From assembly GCA_965202985.1 (NCBI GenBank), contig CBDBCF010000001.1, positions 1,056,001 through 1,120,000 on the forward strand: a stretch of 64,000 nt of DNA, read 5' to 3'. A program made the translations under genes and the position numbers. This DNA comes from Longimicrobiales bacterium. Its GTDB lineage: Bacteria > Gemmatimonadota > Gemmatimonadetes > Longimicrobiales > Gaopeijiaceae. The notes below the pieces were generated by a model. That model did not search any database. It worked only from the letters and a program-made list of their open reading frames with translations, and was not told where the DNA came from. Positions 33,625 through 43,791 of this stretch are shown in pieces. Numbering within the stretch: the stretch's first letter is position 1; every line of letters starts with the position of its first letter.

Positions 33625-33643
33625 CCGCGACTCGCCAGATTGC

Positions 33644-33889
33644 GTGCCCGCCCGGAAGCCCGCGTCGGCAAAGGAAGGATCGATCAAGGTCTCCATCATG
33701 CTCAACGGCGAGCCGCGCTCCGTCCCGTCGGGCTATTGCGTCGCGCAGCTTCTGGAGTCGCTGGACCTCCGGCCGGGCACGGTCGTCGTGGAACGCAACC
33801 GGGAGATCCTGGCCCGGAACGCCCTGAGCTCCGTCGTCGTGGAGGAAGGCGACAAGATCGAGGTCGTGCACTTCGTGGGAGGCGGATGA
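33644..33889 (+). CDS. thiS: Sulfur carrier protein ThiS (start uncertain: GTG 33644 or ATG 33698)
   Basis: LNGE...VVVERNREI...GDKIEVVHFVGGG; directly before thiG. Confidence 0.92.
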   Translation: MPARKPASAKEGSIKVSIMLNGEPRSVPSGYCVAQLLESLDLRPGTVVVERNREILARNALSSVVVEEGDKIEVVHFVGGG

Positions 33890-33890
33890 A

Positions 33891-34748
33891 GTGAGTTCTG
33901 AGAGCAACCGCGGAGGTTCCGACCCGTGGGTCGTGGCGGACCGCGCCTTTGCCTCGCGGCTGATCGTGGGAACCGGCAAGTACCGGTCCAACGCCGAGAT
34001 GACGCGCGCCGTCCGCGCCAGCGGAGCGGAGATGGTGACGGTGGCCGTCCGGCGCGTCGACCTGACGCGCAACCGGGAGGACGACATCCTCAACCACCTG
34101 GACCCGGACGAGTACTTCCTGCTGCCCAACACGGCGGGCTGCTACGCGGCCGAGGACGCCTTGCGCTACGCCCGCTTGGGCCGGGCCGCGGGCATGTCCG
34201 ACTGGGTCAAGCTGGAGGTCATCGGCGACCGGCGCACGCTGCTGCCCGACGTGGCGGCCACCTTGGAAGCCGCCCGGCAGCTGGTGCAGGAAGGCTTCAC
34301 GGTCCTTGCCTACACCAACGACGACCTGGTGACGGCGCTTCGGCTGGAAGACGCGGGCTGCGCGGCGGTCATGCCCTTGGCCAGTCCCATCGGCAGCGGC
34401 CTGGGCGTGGTCAACCCGTACTACATCCGCGAGATCAAGCGTCGGCTGGCGGTGCCGGTCGTGGTGGACGCGGGCGTGGGCACGGCGTCGGACGCATGCG
34501 TCGTCATGGAGCAGGGCGTGGACGGCGTGCTCATGAACACGGCCGTCGCGGCGGCGCGCGACCCCGTGCGGATGGGCGTCGCCATGAAGGAGGCCGTGCG
34601 GGCGGGGCGGCGCGCGTTCCTGGCGGGGCGGATGCCGGCCCGGGAGATCGCGGTGCCGTCGTCGCCGGGCGAAGGAATGCTTGACGGGGACCCGAGCCGA
34701 GACGCCAGCCGCCAGGCACTGGGCAGCGCAACGCCGACGACCGAGTGA
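33891..34748 (+). CDS. thiG: Thiazole synthase
   Basis: SRLIVGTGKY, LPNTAGC, WVKLEVIGD, MPLASPIGSGLG and DAGVG. Confidence 0.97.
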   Translation: MSSESNRGGSDPWVVADRAFASRLIVGTGKYRSNAEMTRAVRASGAEMVTVAVRRVDLTRNREDDILNHLDPDEYFLLPNTAGCYAAEDALRYARLGRAAGMSDWVKLEVIGDRRTLLPDVAATLEAARQLVQEGFTVLAYTNDDLVTALRLEDAGCAAVMPLASPIGSGLGVVNPYYIREIKRRLAVPVVVDAGVGTASDACVVMEQGVDGVLMNTAVAAARDPVRMGVAMKEAVRAGRRAFLAGRMPAREIAVPSSPGEGMLDGDPSRDASRQALGSATPTTE

Positions 34749-36097
34749 CGCGGCTTTCGCCGGGGCGCGCTGTGGCCGCCGCGGTCTTGGAGCAAGTGGA
34801 GTCGGGCCGGCGGCTGGATGTGGCCTGGGAGGCTTCGGCCGCGCCCGGCGCCCCGGATCGGCCGTGGATACGCGCACTCGTGTACGGCACGGTTCGGTTG
34901 CGCGGGCGCGTCGATCATCGGCTGACCGTCGCCGGCGGCGGTCGCCGTCCCGCCGACCTGGACCCGCCCGTGCGCACCGCGCTTCGCATGGGCGCGTTCC
35001 AGATCACGGAGATGGGGAGCGTACCGGTGTACGCTGCGGTCGCCCAGTCGGTGGAGCAGGTCAAGGAGACCCGAAGCCGGGCCGCGGCGGGACTGGTGAA
35101 CGCCGTCCTGCGAAAGCTGGCCACGGCCGAGGCGCAGGCCCGGCCCGCGCGTCGCCCCTGGGACGCCGGCTTCCCCGATCCGTCCACCGACCTGGAGTCC
35201 TATTTGACGACTTGGGGATCGCATCCGCGATGGCTGGTTCGACGTTGGCTGCGGCAGTTCGGCGACGCGGCCACGCGCGCGATCGTCGAGGCGAACAACA
35301 AGGAGCCCCGAACCTACGTACGGCCCGTGGGCGTGGACGCCGCCCAGGCGGCTCGAACTCTGGCCCGGGAGGGCATGGCGGCCGCGGACTCGCCCGGCGC
35401 GGAGACCCCGTGCATCCCCCTCCGCCCCGGCGCGGACCCGGCGGCCGCGCTCGCGCTGACGCCCGGCGTGGTGCAGGATCCCGCGAGCGCCCTTGCGGCG
35501 GACTTCGCGGCACCCCCCGCAGGCGCCCTCGTGGCGGACTTGTGCGCTGCGCCCGGAGGCAAGGCGTTGGCGCTGAGCGCCGGGGCCAGAGGCGTCGTGG
35601 CGGCGGACCTGTCGCCCAGGCGGCTGGAAAGGGTGGCCCGGAACGTAGCCTGCGTGGCCCAAGCAAGTTCGCGCGTTCCATGCCCAGTCTGGCCCGTGGC
35701 GGCAGACGCTCGCCTTCCCCCGGTCCGGCGGGCCGAAGCGGTGCTGGCCGACGTGCCCTGCACGGGAACGGGAACGCTGCGGCGGCACCCCGACGGCCGC
35801 TGGCGCCTTCGCGAAACGGACGTGGAACGCATGGCGGGCGTGCAAACGGCGATATTGGAAGGCGCGGCCTCGGTGGTTTCGCCAGGGGGGCTGCTGGTTT
35901 ACGCTACATGCACGTTGGAGCCGGAAGAGAACGGGGTTCAGGTGGAACGATTCCTCGAGCGGCGCCCGGAGTTCCGCATCGAGCCGGGACCAGCGCCCCA
36001 GCGCTTTCTGGACGACCAGGGGCAGCTTTGGATCCGGCCCCACGAGAGCGGCTTCGACGGCGCCTTCGCGGCTCGCATGAGAAGGCGGGCGGCATGA
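34745..36097 (+). CDS. rsmB: 16S rRNA m5C967 methyltransferase RsmB/Sun
   Basis: NusB-like N-terminus (LVNAVLRK), SHPRW, VQD, DLCAAPGGK, DVPCTGTG and YATCT. Confidence 0.93.
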   Translation: MTRLSPGRAVAAAVLEQVESGRRLDVAWEASAAPGAPDRPWIRALVYGTVRLRGRVDHRLTVAGGGRRPADLDPPVRTALRMGAFQITEMGSVPVYAAVAQSVEQVKETRSRAAAGLVNAVLRKLATAEAQARPARRPWDAGFPDPSTDLESYLTTWGSHPRWLVRRWLRQFGDAATRAIVEANNKEPRTYVRPVGVDAAQAARTLAREGMAAADSPGAETPCIPLRPGADPAAALALTPGVVQDPASALAADFAAPPAGALVADLCAAPGGKALALSAGARGVVAADLSPRRLERVARNVACVAQASSRVPCPVWPVAADARLPPVRRAEAVLADVPCTGTGTLRRHPDGRWRLRETDVERMAGVQTAILEGAASVVSPGGLLVYATCTLEPEENGVQVERFLERRPEFRIEPGPAPQRFLDDQGQLWIRPHESGFDGAFAARMRRRAA

Positions 36098-36174
36098 ATG
36101 GGCGACTCGCGCCGGAAGGCGCGCGGGCAATGAACGAAGAAGACGGGAGCCAGACCGTGCGGACGGGACCATAA

Positions 36175-37089
36175 ATGGACTTGGGCAGCTCCATTCGCCG
36201 GCGACGGCGTCCGGGCCGAGAAAAGTCCCTCGACCGCGCGGACCAACCGGACGCCGATTGGCACGACGAACGTGACGGCGCCCGCGCCCCCGGCAGGGCC
36301 CGTCGCGCGCTCCGGAACGCCGGCGTGGCGGTCGGCTTGGCCGTCGTGGGAGGGGGAACCGGGTACGCCGTAGCCACCATGGTGCTCTTCCCCCTGCCCG
36401 AAGTGCCTTCCCGGATGCAGGGGGTGCCGGACCTCCGAGGGCGCGCGCTGCCGGCCGCGTTGGCGGCGGTGACGGACTCGGGGCTGGTCGTGGAGCGCGT
36501 CGATTCGGTTCGCCACCCGACGGCGGCCAGGGGCAAGGTGATCGGCCAGGGACCGCTTCCCGGAGCCACGGCGCTCCCGGGCGCGGCGGTTCGCGTCACC
36601 GTGTCGCTGGGACCCGAGGTCCGCAACGTGCCCGACGTGACGCGGCTTCCCGGCGATCGGGCCGCGGCGCTTCTGAGCGCAGGGGGCTTCCGAGTCCAGG
36701 TGGACACGGTGGAGTCTGGGCTGCCGGCGGGCCGGGTCGTCGGCATCGATCCAGAGCCGGGCGTCCCAATCCCGATCCCCGGAGACGTGCACCTTCGAGT
36801 CAGCCAAGGCCCCCCGACCTTCCCGATGCCCGACTTGACGGGCGCGGGCGAGGCTCGGGCCGTGGCCGTGCTGGACTCCCTGGGCTTGCCGCTGCAGGAG
36901 GTGGACCGGCGGTTCAGCCTCTTGAACGTCGGGGCCGTCTTCGGCCAGACGCCGGGGCCGAACGTCCTGGTGGAGGCGGGAACCCCCGTGCGAATCGTCG
37001 TGGGCGAAGAAATGGTCCGCCGGGACTCGCCTCTCGGCATCGACGCGCCTCCAGACCCCGACCCGCAACAGCTTGGCAATGGCGACTAG
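36175..37089 (+). CDS. Membrane-anchored protein with three PASTA domains (no kinase domain)
   Basis: One TM segment, then VPDLRG, VPDVT and MPDLTG repeats with G-x-V-x-x-Q/I-x-P motifs. Confidence 0.85.
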   Translation: MDLGSSIRRRRRPGREKSLDRADQPDADWHDERDGARAPGRARRALRNAGVAVGLAVVGGGTGYAVATMVLFPLPEVPSRMQGVPDLRGRALPAALAAVTDSGLVVERVDSVRHPTAARGKVIGQGPLPGATALPGAAVRVTVSLGPEVRNVPDVTRLPGDRAAALLSAGGFRVQVDTVESGLPAGRVVGIDPEPGVPIPIPGDVHLRVSQGPPTFPMPDLTGAGEARAVAVLDSLGLPLQEVDRRFSLLNVGAVFGQTPGPNVLVEAGTPVRIVVGEEMVRRDSPLGIDAPPDPDPQQLGNGD

Positions 37090-37666
37090 CGCACGGGCCG
37101 AACGGCCGAGCCGCAGCCGGGGCCGCCGTGCGTACTGGGTCGCCGGGGCCGCCGTCGTGGCCGTCGTGGCGGCGGCTTGGTTCTCCCGGAACCGCGCGCC
37201 CCCAGTCGCGGCCGGATATGCGGCGCCGGACTTTCTCGTGGCCGACGCTGCGGGCGCCCCCGTCACGCTGGCCGACTACCGAGGCAAGGTCGTTCTCCTA
37301 AACGTCTGGGCGACGTGGTGCGGCCCCTGCGAAGAGGAGATGCCGGCGATGCAGCGGCTGTACGAGCGCTTCTCGCAGGACGACTTCGAGATCGCGGCGA
37401 TCAGCATCGACGCTCGGCCGGGGCGCTTCGACGCCTTGGGCAACACGGGCGGCGACCCCGTCGCGTTCGCGCGCGAGCGCGGCTTGACGTTCCCCGTCCT
37501 CCTGGACCCGTCGGGCGAAATCCAGCGCGTCTACCGCACCACGGGCGTGCCCGAGTCGTTCCTGATCGGCCGCGACGGCATCATCTGGAAGAAGGTGGCC
37601 GGCTCCTGGGCGTGGGACTCGGAGACCGCCGTGGCCCAGGTGCGCCGACTGGTGGAGGGACCGTAG
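37079..37666 (+). CDS. TlpA/ResA family thiol-disulfide reductase
   Basis: TM anchor, APDF, GKVVLLNVWATWCGPCEEEMP and GVPESFLI. Confidence 0.92.
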   Translation: MATSARAERPSRSRGRRAYWVAGAAVVAVVAAAWFSRNRAPPVAAGYAAPDFLVADAAGAPVTLADYRGKVVLLNVWATWCGPCEEEMPAMQRLYERFSQDDFEIAAISIDARPGRFDALGNTGGDPVAFARERGLTFPVLLDPSGEIQRVYRTTGVPESFLIGRDGIIWKKVAGSWAWDSETAVAQVRRLVEGP

Positions 37667-37669
37667 CCC

Positions 37670-38635
37670 GTGTCGCTCCCCGGCATCCTGCTTCGCAACT
37701 GGCGCCTGAAGTCGATCGCCCTGGCCCTGGCCGTGCTCCTGTGGATCACCATGCGCCTGCGCGACGACTCGGGGACCAGCCGGCGAGAGCTGCCCGTGGA
37801 CGTGCGCGTGGAAAACCTGGACCCCGACTGGGTTGCGCTGGGCGCCCCGTCCCCTCCGTCGGTGAGCATGATGGTGCACGGCTCGTTCGGCGACCTGTTC
37901 CGGGCCGCCGTGGCTCGCCCCGTCGTGGTCGTTCCCGTGGACTCGGTGCCGGGAGAGGACTGGGTGCTGCCGCTGGAGGCGGGCTGGGTCGCCAACTTGG
38001 ACCAGGGCCGCGTCGTGGTGGACGACTTCACGCCCAGCACGGTTCGACTTCGCTTCGAGCGCAATAGGGTCGTGCCCGTCCCCGTCTCCTTCCGGGGCTC
38101 GGGCGCCTTGCCCGACGGCTTGGCCCTGGCCAGAGCCCCTCGCGTCAACCCCGTGTTCACGCAGGTGCGGGGTCCGGCCTCGGTGCTCGACGGCCTGGAG
38201 ACCGTCTTCCTGGAGCCCTTCGACCTGGGGCGCATCACCGACCCGGGACCTGCCCGCTTCGAAGTGGCCATGGACACGGCCGGACTGTCGCGCGCGGCCG
38301 TAAGCCCCGCCACGGCGATTCTCACGGTGGAGGCCGCCCCCAAGGAGAGTCGGGTTCTGGCGTCGATCCCCGTCGAACTTCCCGGCGGCGTGTCCGGCTG
38401 GACGCTCGAGCCCGACTCGGTGTCGGTCGTGCTCTACGGCGCCCGGCGCGCGTTGGCGCGGGTGGACACCGGCCTGGTTCGCGTGCGGCTGGGCATGGAG
38501 ACCGGCGCGCTGGAGCTGCGGATGGAGGAGACCGGCGAAGCGCAAACGCCGTTGGTGCTGGAAGGACTGGGCCGGTGGATCGAAGGCGGGTTGGATCCGG
38601 ACTCGGTGATGGTGCGCAAGACGGGCGCTCCGTGA
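37670..38635 (+). CDS. CdaR/YbbR-like domain protein
   Basis: NWRLKSIALALAVLLW N-terminal anchor and repeated P-x-x-V-x-V-x-G YbbR-type segments. Confidence 0.78.
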   Translation: MSLPGILLRNWRLKSIALALAVLLWITMRLRDDSGTSRRELPVDVRVENLDPDWVALGAPSPPSVSMMVHGSFGDLFRAAVARPVVVVPVDSVPGEDWVLPLEAGWVANLDQGRVVVDDFTPSTVRLRFERNRVVPVPVSFRGSGALPDGLALARAPRVNPVFTQVRGPASVLDGLETVFLEPFDLGRITDPGPARFEVAMDTAGLSRAAVSPATAILTVEAAPKESRVLASIPVELPGGVSGWTLEPDSVSVVLYGARRALARVDTGLVRVRLGMETGALELRMEETGEAQTPLVLEGLGRWIEGGLDPDSVMVRKTGAP

Positions 38636-39756
38636 TCGGGCCGATACTGGGGATCGAGACCACGTGCGACGAGACGTCGGCGGCGGTGCTGGACCGCGAA
38701 GGGCAGGTGGCGAGCCTGGTCGTCCACTCCCAAGACGTGCACCGGGTGCACGGGGGCGTGGTGCCCGAGCTGGCCGCGCGCGACCACTTGCGGCGGATCG
38801 AGCCGGTCGCGGCCACGGCGCTGGCGGAGGCGGGCGTGGCGCGGGAAGAGCTGGAGGCGGTGGCCGTGGCCGCGGGACCGGGCCTGATCGGCGCCCTCCT
38901 GGTGGGGGTGTCTTGGTCCCGAGCCACCGCGTTCGCCCTGGACGTTCCCCTGATCCCCGTGCACCACATGGAAGCGCACCTGTTCGGCCCCTTGCTGGAG
39001 GACCCGGACGCGACGCCTCCGTTCGTCGCGCTGCTGGTGTCGGGGGGGCACACGCTGCTGCTGTGGACGCCCGAGTGGGGGCGCTACTTCCTGATGGGAC
39101 AGACCCGCGACGACGCCGCCGGCGAGGCGTTCGACAAGGTGGCCAAGCTGCTCGACCTGCCCTACCCCGGCGGGCCGGCGATCGAGAGGGAGGCGGCCCG
39201 GGGCGACCCCGCGCGCTACCGGTTCCCCCGGCCGCTGGCGGGCAAGCGCCGGGCGGGCGACCGGTTCGACTTCTCGTTCTCGGGACTCAAGACGGCGGTG
39301 GGCCAAGCCGTGACGCGCCTGGTCGCGGAGGGGCCGCCGGAGCGCGTGGCGCAGGAACGCCCTCACCTGGCCGTCGCGTTCCAGGAGGCGGCGGTGGACG
39401 TGCTGGCCGCCAAGACGCTGGACGCCGCCGGCGCCGTGGGTTGCCGTCGCGTGCTTCTGGGCGGGGGCGTGTCGGCCAACGGCGCGTTGCGAGAGCGCGT
39501 TCGGGCGGGACTGGGCGCCGAGGGCCGCCTCTTCGCCAGCTCGCCCCGGCTGGCGCTCGACAACGGCGCCATGATCGCGCGGGCGGGCCAGTTCCGGTTC
39601 GACTGCGGGTCCCTGGGCGGCATGGATCAAACCTCCGCGCGCGCGGAGATGCCGGGCGCGGAACCCTGGCGGCCCGACTCGATCACGACCCGGACTCGCG
39701 GCTCGACTCCGCCGCCCGTTGCCGCCCCTGCACCGTCCGACCCGACTTTGGAGTAG
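38632..39756 (+). CDS. tsaD: tRNA N6-threonylcarbamoyltransferase TsaD
   Basis: ILGIETTCDETS, GGVVPELAAR, HHMEAH, VSGGHT, TRDDAAGEAFDKVA and DNGAMIA. Confidence 0.97.
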   Translation: MIGPILGIETTCDETSAAVLDREGQVASLVVHSQDVHRVHGGVVPELAARDHLRRIEPVAATALAEAGVAREELEAVAVAAGPGLIGALLVGVSWSRATAFALDVPLIPVHHMEAHLFGPLLEDPDATPPFVALLVSGGHTLLLWTPEWGRYFLMGQTRDDAAGEAFDKVAKLLDLPYPGGPAIEREAARGDPARYRFPRPLAGKRRAGDRFDFSFSGLKTAVGQAVTRLVAEGPPERVAQERPHLAVAFQEAAVDVLAAKTLDAAGAVGCRRVLLGGGVSANGALRERVRAGLGAEGRLFASSPRLALDNGAMIARAGQFRFDCGSLGGMDQTSARAEMPGAEPWRPDSITTRTRGSTPPPVAAPAPSDPTLE

Positions 39757-39759
39757 TCC

Positions 39760-40611
39760 ATGTATCCGGTCCTCTTTCGACTCCCCGAGTGGCTCCCCGC
39801 AGTGGGCGGAGCGGCCGTGACGTCCTTCGGAATCATGATGCTCGCGTCGTTCCTGGTCGCGGGGTACGTGCTCCGCGCCGAACTGTCGCGCATGGGCGAA
39901 GACGGCGACCGGGCCTGGGACATACTGTTCATGGCGGTGGTGGGCGGCATCGTGGGCGCCCGAGTCTACTACATCCTGCTCAACTACCCGCGCTTCGTGG
40001 CCGATCCGGCCGGAATGCTCCTGTCGCGGGGCGGGCTGGTCTGGTACGGCGGCTTCCTGCTGGCCACGGCCTTGGTCGTCTGGAAGACCCGTCGGCTGGG
40101 TCTTCCCCTGGGCAAGGTGGCCGACGCGACCGGACCCGCGCTGGCGGTGTCGTACGCCGTCGGGCGGATCGGATGCTTCCTGGTCGGCGACGACTACGGA
40201 CGGCCCACGGACTCGTGGGTGGGCATCGCGTTCCCCCAGGGCCAGCCGCCCACCAGGGTTTCCGTCCTCGAGGCCCAGTTCGGCATCCAGGTGGACCCCG
40301 CTCTGGTGGAGAAGTACGGCGACGTTCTCCCCGTGCACCCCACGCAGCTTTACGAGACGGGAGCCTCGTTGCTGATCTTTGCGGTCCTCTGGTCCTGGCG
40401 ACGCCACGACCACCGCAAGGGCTGGCTGTTCATGGCTTGGCTGGCCATGGCCGCCGTCGAGCGCTTCGCCGTGGAGTTCTTCCGGGCCAAGGACGACCGC
40501 TTCTTCGGGGTCCTTACGCTTGCCCAGATCATCTCGCTGGCCTTGGCGGGAGTGGCCGTGGCCTGGGGCGTCCGACTGCGGAAGGGGACGACAGGCGCCG
40601 CCCGGGCGTGA
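39760..40611 (+). CDS. lgt: Prolipoprotein diacylglyceryl transferase
   Basis: GGIVGARVYY, GGLVWYGG, GRIGCFL, HPTQLYE and RFAVEFFR. Confidence 0.95.
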   Translation: MYPVLFRLPEWLPAVGGAAVTSFGIMMLASFLVAGYVLRAELSRMGEDGDRAWDILFMAVVGGIVGARVYYILLNYPRFVADPAGMLLSRGGLVWYGGFLLATALVVWKTRRLGLPLGKVADATGPALAVSYAVGRIGCFLVGDDYGRPTDSWVGIAFPQGQPPTRVSVLEAQFGIQVDPALVEKYGDVLPVHPTQLYETGASLLIFAVLWSWRRHDHRKGWLFMAWLAMAAVERFAVEFFRAKDDRFFGVLTLAQIISLALAGVAVAWGVRLRKGTTGAARA

Positions 40612-41477
40612 CGATCCTCCACGCTTCGGACCTTCACTTCGGCGCGCCCCACCGGCCCGAGGCGGCCGCCGCCCTCTTGGAGCTGGCCCGAGAGGCGGAC
40701 GCGGTCGTCGTCTCGGGCGACCTGACGCAACGCGCCAAGGCCGCCGAGTACCGCGCGGCGGGGGCGTTCTTGGCCCGGCTGGGCGCGAACGGACCTCGGG
40801 TCGCGGTCCCCGGCAACCACGACGTGCCCCTCTACCGCGTGTGGGAACGGTTCGCGGCGCCCTACCGGAAGTATCGGCGCCACGTCGCGCCGGACCTGGA
40901 CACGGTGCTGGACGCGGGACCCGCCGGCGGCGGCGCCCCTCTCGTTCGCTTCGTGGCGATGAACTCCTCCTCGCCCCGGCGCGCGATCGTGAACGGTCGC
41001 CTGTCCCGACGCCAGCTCGCGTTCGCAACGGCGGCCTTCGCCCGCTCGCCCGCCGGCGCCTGCCGCATCCTGGTCGTGCACCACAACCTGGTTCGGGTAG
41101 GCGACGAACCGCGCCGGCGCCTCGGCTCCGCTCCCGACCCGCGGGACACCCCCGCCGCTGGTCGCGACCCGCCCCCCCTGCGCGGCGCCCCCGAGGTCCT
41201 GGACCGCCTCGAGGAGTGGGGCGTGGAGCTGGTGTTGTCCGGCCACGCCCACTTCGCCTGCCAAGCGCCCGTGGGCGCCGCCCTGCTGGTGCAGGCGGGC
41301 ACCGCGTCTTCCTCTCGCGGACGAGGGCCGGAGCAGGGCTGCAACACCGTCAACGTGGTGCGCCTGGAGCCGGAGCAGGCGGAGGTGGCGGTTTATCTTT
41401 ATTCGGAGGACGCCGAGCGCTTCCTGCCCGTGGAAAGCCGCCGGCATCCTCGGCGCGCAAGGGGGGCGGCTTCTTAG
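40608..41477 (+). CDS. Calcineurin-like metallophosphoesterase (Icc/CpdA-like)
   Basis: HASDLHFG, SGDLTQRA, PGNHD, HH and SGHAH. Confidence 0.9.
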   Translation: MTILHASDLHFGAPHRPEAAAALLELAREADAVVVSGDLTQRAKAAEYRAAGAFLARLGANGPRVAVPGNHDVPLYRVWERFAAPYRKYRRHVAPDLDTVLDAGPAGGGAPLVRFVAMNSSSPRRAIVNGRLSRRQLAFATAAFARSPAGACRILVVHHNLVRVGDEPRRRLGSAPDPRDTPAAGRDPPPLRGAPEVLDRLEEWGVELVLSGHAHFACQAPVGAALLVQAGTASSSRGRGPEQGCNTVNVVRLEPEQAEVAVYLYSEDAERFLPVESRRHPRRARGAAS

Positions 41478-43757
41478 GTGGAGCGGGTTCGGATCGTTGC
41501 TGCATGGGCGGCGCTGACCGCGGCGACGCCGGCCGTTGCGCCGCTGGCGGCCGACGGCATGATGCAGTCGGGCCGCCAAGAGGTCGCGTCGGTGGAGTTC
41601 GCCGGGAACACGGCCTTCACCGACCGCGAGCTTCGGCGCGCCATCCGCACCCAGCCGTCCTCGTGTCCGCTCGTGCTGGCGGTCACCACGTGCGCGCTGG
41701 GGATCGACTGGGGCCGCGACCGCTTCTACCACAGCAGCCGCATCTTGGCGGACGACGCGGAGCGCCTCGTCTACCTTTACCGGGCTCACGGATTTCGCCG
41801 AGCGGCCGTGGACACCGAGATCGCGTCCACAGGCGACGACGTGGCCGTTCGCTTTCTGATCGACGAGGGCGAGCCCTACCGAGTGGGCTCCATCAACTTC
41901 GCGGGCGATCCAACGCCCCCGGAGCTGGATATCGGGGCCGGCCTGCCGATCGGCGTGGGCGATCCGCTGAGCTTCCTCTACCTGGGACAGGCCTCCGACA
42001 CGCTGGCTCGACGCCTCCGAGATTCGGGCTATGCGTTCGCCGAGGTGTTCCGGCGGTTCCGCCTGCCGGCCGGCAGCGACACGGCCACGGTCACGTACAA
42101 CATCGAGCTCGGCCCGTTGGCGACGATCGGGCCCGTCCGGGTCGCGGGAAACCGCCTGCTGGGCGACGAGGTCGTGCTGAATCGCCTGCCGTTTCGCGAA
42201 GGAGATCGCTACCGGGAGCGCCAGATCCGCGAGGCGCAACGCAGCCTGCACGAGATGGAGATCGTCGCGCGGGCGTTGGTGCGGGTGGACACCGCGCGGG
42301 CTCAAACGGACTCGGTGGTGCCGATCGTGGTCGAAGTCGTGGAGGGCGACCTGCACCGGGTCCGGGCGGGCGGAGGCCTCAACAGCGCCGAATGCCTCAA
42401 CGTCGAAGGGCTGTGGGCAAGCCGGAGCTTCTTCGGCGGGGGCAGGCTGCTTCAAGCGCGCGCCCGCTTGTCCAACCTGCTGGCCGGCGCCCTCAACTCG
42501 TCGCCCCTGTGCTCGCAGGCCGGAACCGGCGAGTACGGCCGAATCAACTGGGCCGCCAGTCTGGACTTCAACCAGCCGGCGTTCCTGTCGTCCAGGACCC
42601 GCATCTTCGGCGGCGTCTTCGCGGAACGGCAGTCGCAGAAGAACATCTTCGTCCGAGACGCTTTCGGAGTGGACCTCGGCCTGAGCCGGAGCGTGGGCGC
42701 CGGCAGCGTGGTCGGGGTTCGGTTCCGCCCCGAGCTGAGCCGGCTGGCCGCTGCCGAAGTCACCCTCTGCGCCACCTTCCTGGCATGCGCGTCCGCCGAC
42801 GTGGCCGCGCTGGCCGAATCGACCTGGCTCACGCCCCTGGCGTTGTCGTTCGCGCTGGACCGGACCGTGGGCGTCCTCAGCCCGCGCCGGGGGGTTCGGG
42901 CGCTGCTGGACCTGGAGTACACGGGCAAGGCCACGGGGTCCGACTTCGCCTACTTCCGCGCCTTCGCCGACGGCAGCGTCTACCGCGAAATCGACGCAAG
43001 CACCGTGTTGGCCGTCCGGTTGCGTGCAGGACGAATCCGGCCCGGCAGCCAGGAACTGCTCTCCACCGACGGCGAGCGCGCACACTTCGGACCTTCGTAC
43101 CTGGTGCCTGCTCAGAAGCGGTTCTACGGCGGCGGCGCCAGCAGCGTCCGGGGGTTTGCGCAGAGCACCTTGGGGCCGCGCAGCCTGTCGATCGGCGTGG
43201 AGCAGCTGCTTCGCCGACGCGTACCCGGCGGAGAGCCGGCGTGCGTTCCCGCGGCGGTGCGCGACCTGACGTGCGACGGGTCCCCGCTGGCCGGATCGAA
43301 CCTCTTCCAGCTTCGCCCCGTCGGCGGGATGGGAACGCTGGAAGCCAGCGCCGAACTGCGCTTCGGCATCGGCGGAAGTCCCCTGGGGGGCGCGGCGTTC
43401 GTTGACGTGGGCCAGGTCTGGCCGAGCGGGATTCGGCTGGACGGCCTGGAGGTGGCCCCCGGCGTCGGCGTTCGCTACGACACCGCGTTCGGCCCCGTCC
43501 GGCTGGACGTGGCGTACTCGTTCCGGGACCCGGAGCGCCTCCAAGTGGTCACGTCCCAGATCCGCCCCTTCGCCGCGGGTCGGGACGACGCGGCGGATCG
43601 GATCGACATCGCCTCGCCCGACGGCGCCGGCGAGTACATCGACTGGGTGGTTTCCGAGGATTTGGCGCTGCTGGAGCCGCCGGTTCTGTTCGGCGACGAA
43701 CGGGGGTTCTCGTTGCGCCGCTTCCAGCTCCACTTCTCGATCGGGCAGGCGTTCTGA
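41478..43757 (+). CDS. tamA: Omp85 family outer-membrane protein (TamA/BamA-like)
   Basis: POTRA-like repeats (FAGN, IDEG, VAGN), RFYGGGASSVRGF, GVRYDTAFGPVRLD and C-terminal HFSIGQAF. Adjacent to tamB. Confidence 0.88.
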   Translation: MERVRIVAAWAALTAATPAVAPLAADGMMQSGRQEVASVEFAGNTAFTDRELRRAIRTQPSSCPLVLAVTTCALGIDWGRDRFYHSSRILADDAERLVYLYRAHGFRRAAVDTEIASTGDDVAVRFLIDEGEPYRVGSINFAGDPTPPELDIGAGLPIGVGDPLSFLYLGQASDTLARRLRDSGYAFAEVFRRFRLPAGSDTATVTYNIELGPLATIGPVRVAGNRLLGDEVVLNRLPFREGDRYRERQIREAQRSLHEMEIVARALVRVDTARAQTDSVVPIVVEVVEGDLHRVRAGGGLNSAECLNVEGLWASRSFFGGGRLLQARARLSNLLAGALNSSPLCSQAGTGEYGRINWAASLDFNQPAFLSSRTRIFGGVFAERQSQKNIFVRDAFGVDLGLSRSVGAGSVVGVRFRPELSRLAAAEVTLCATFLACASADVAALAESTWLTPLALSFALDRTVGVLSPRRGVRALLDLEYTGKATGSDFAYFRAFADGSVYREIDASTVLAVRLRAGRIRPGSQELLSTDGERAHFGPSYLVPAQKRFYGGGASSVRGFAQSTLGPRSLSIGVEQLLRRRVPGGEPACVPAAVRDLTCDGSPLAGSNLFQLRPVGGMGTLEASAELRFGIGGSPLGGAAFVDVGQVWPSGIRLDGLEVAPGVGVRYDTAFGPVRLDVAYSFRDPERLQVVTSQIRPFAAGRDDAADRIDIASPDGAGEYIDWVVSEDLALLEPPVLFGDERGFSLRRFQLHFSIGQAF

Positions 43758-43791
43758 AGATGGCGTCGAGTCCGGGCGCGGGGTTCGGTCG

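Noticed and set aside
36094..36174. Short ORF MNGRLAPEGARAMNEEDGSQTVRTGP between rsmB and the PASTA gene
   Set aside because: It could be a coupling peptide or a stop-split N-terminus, since it is in frame with the PASTA gene, but there is no supporting motif.
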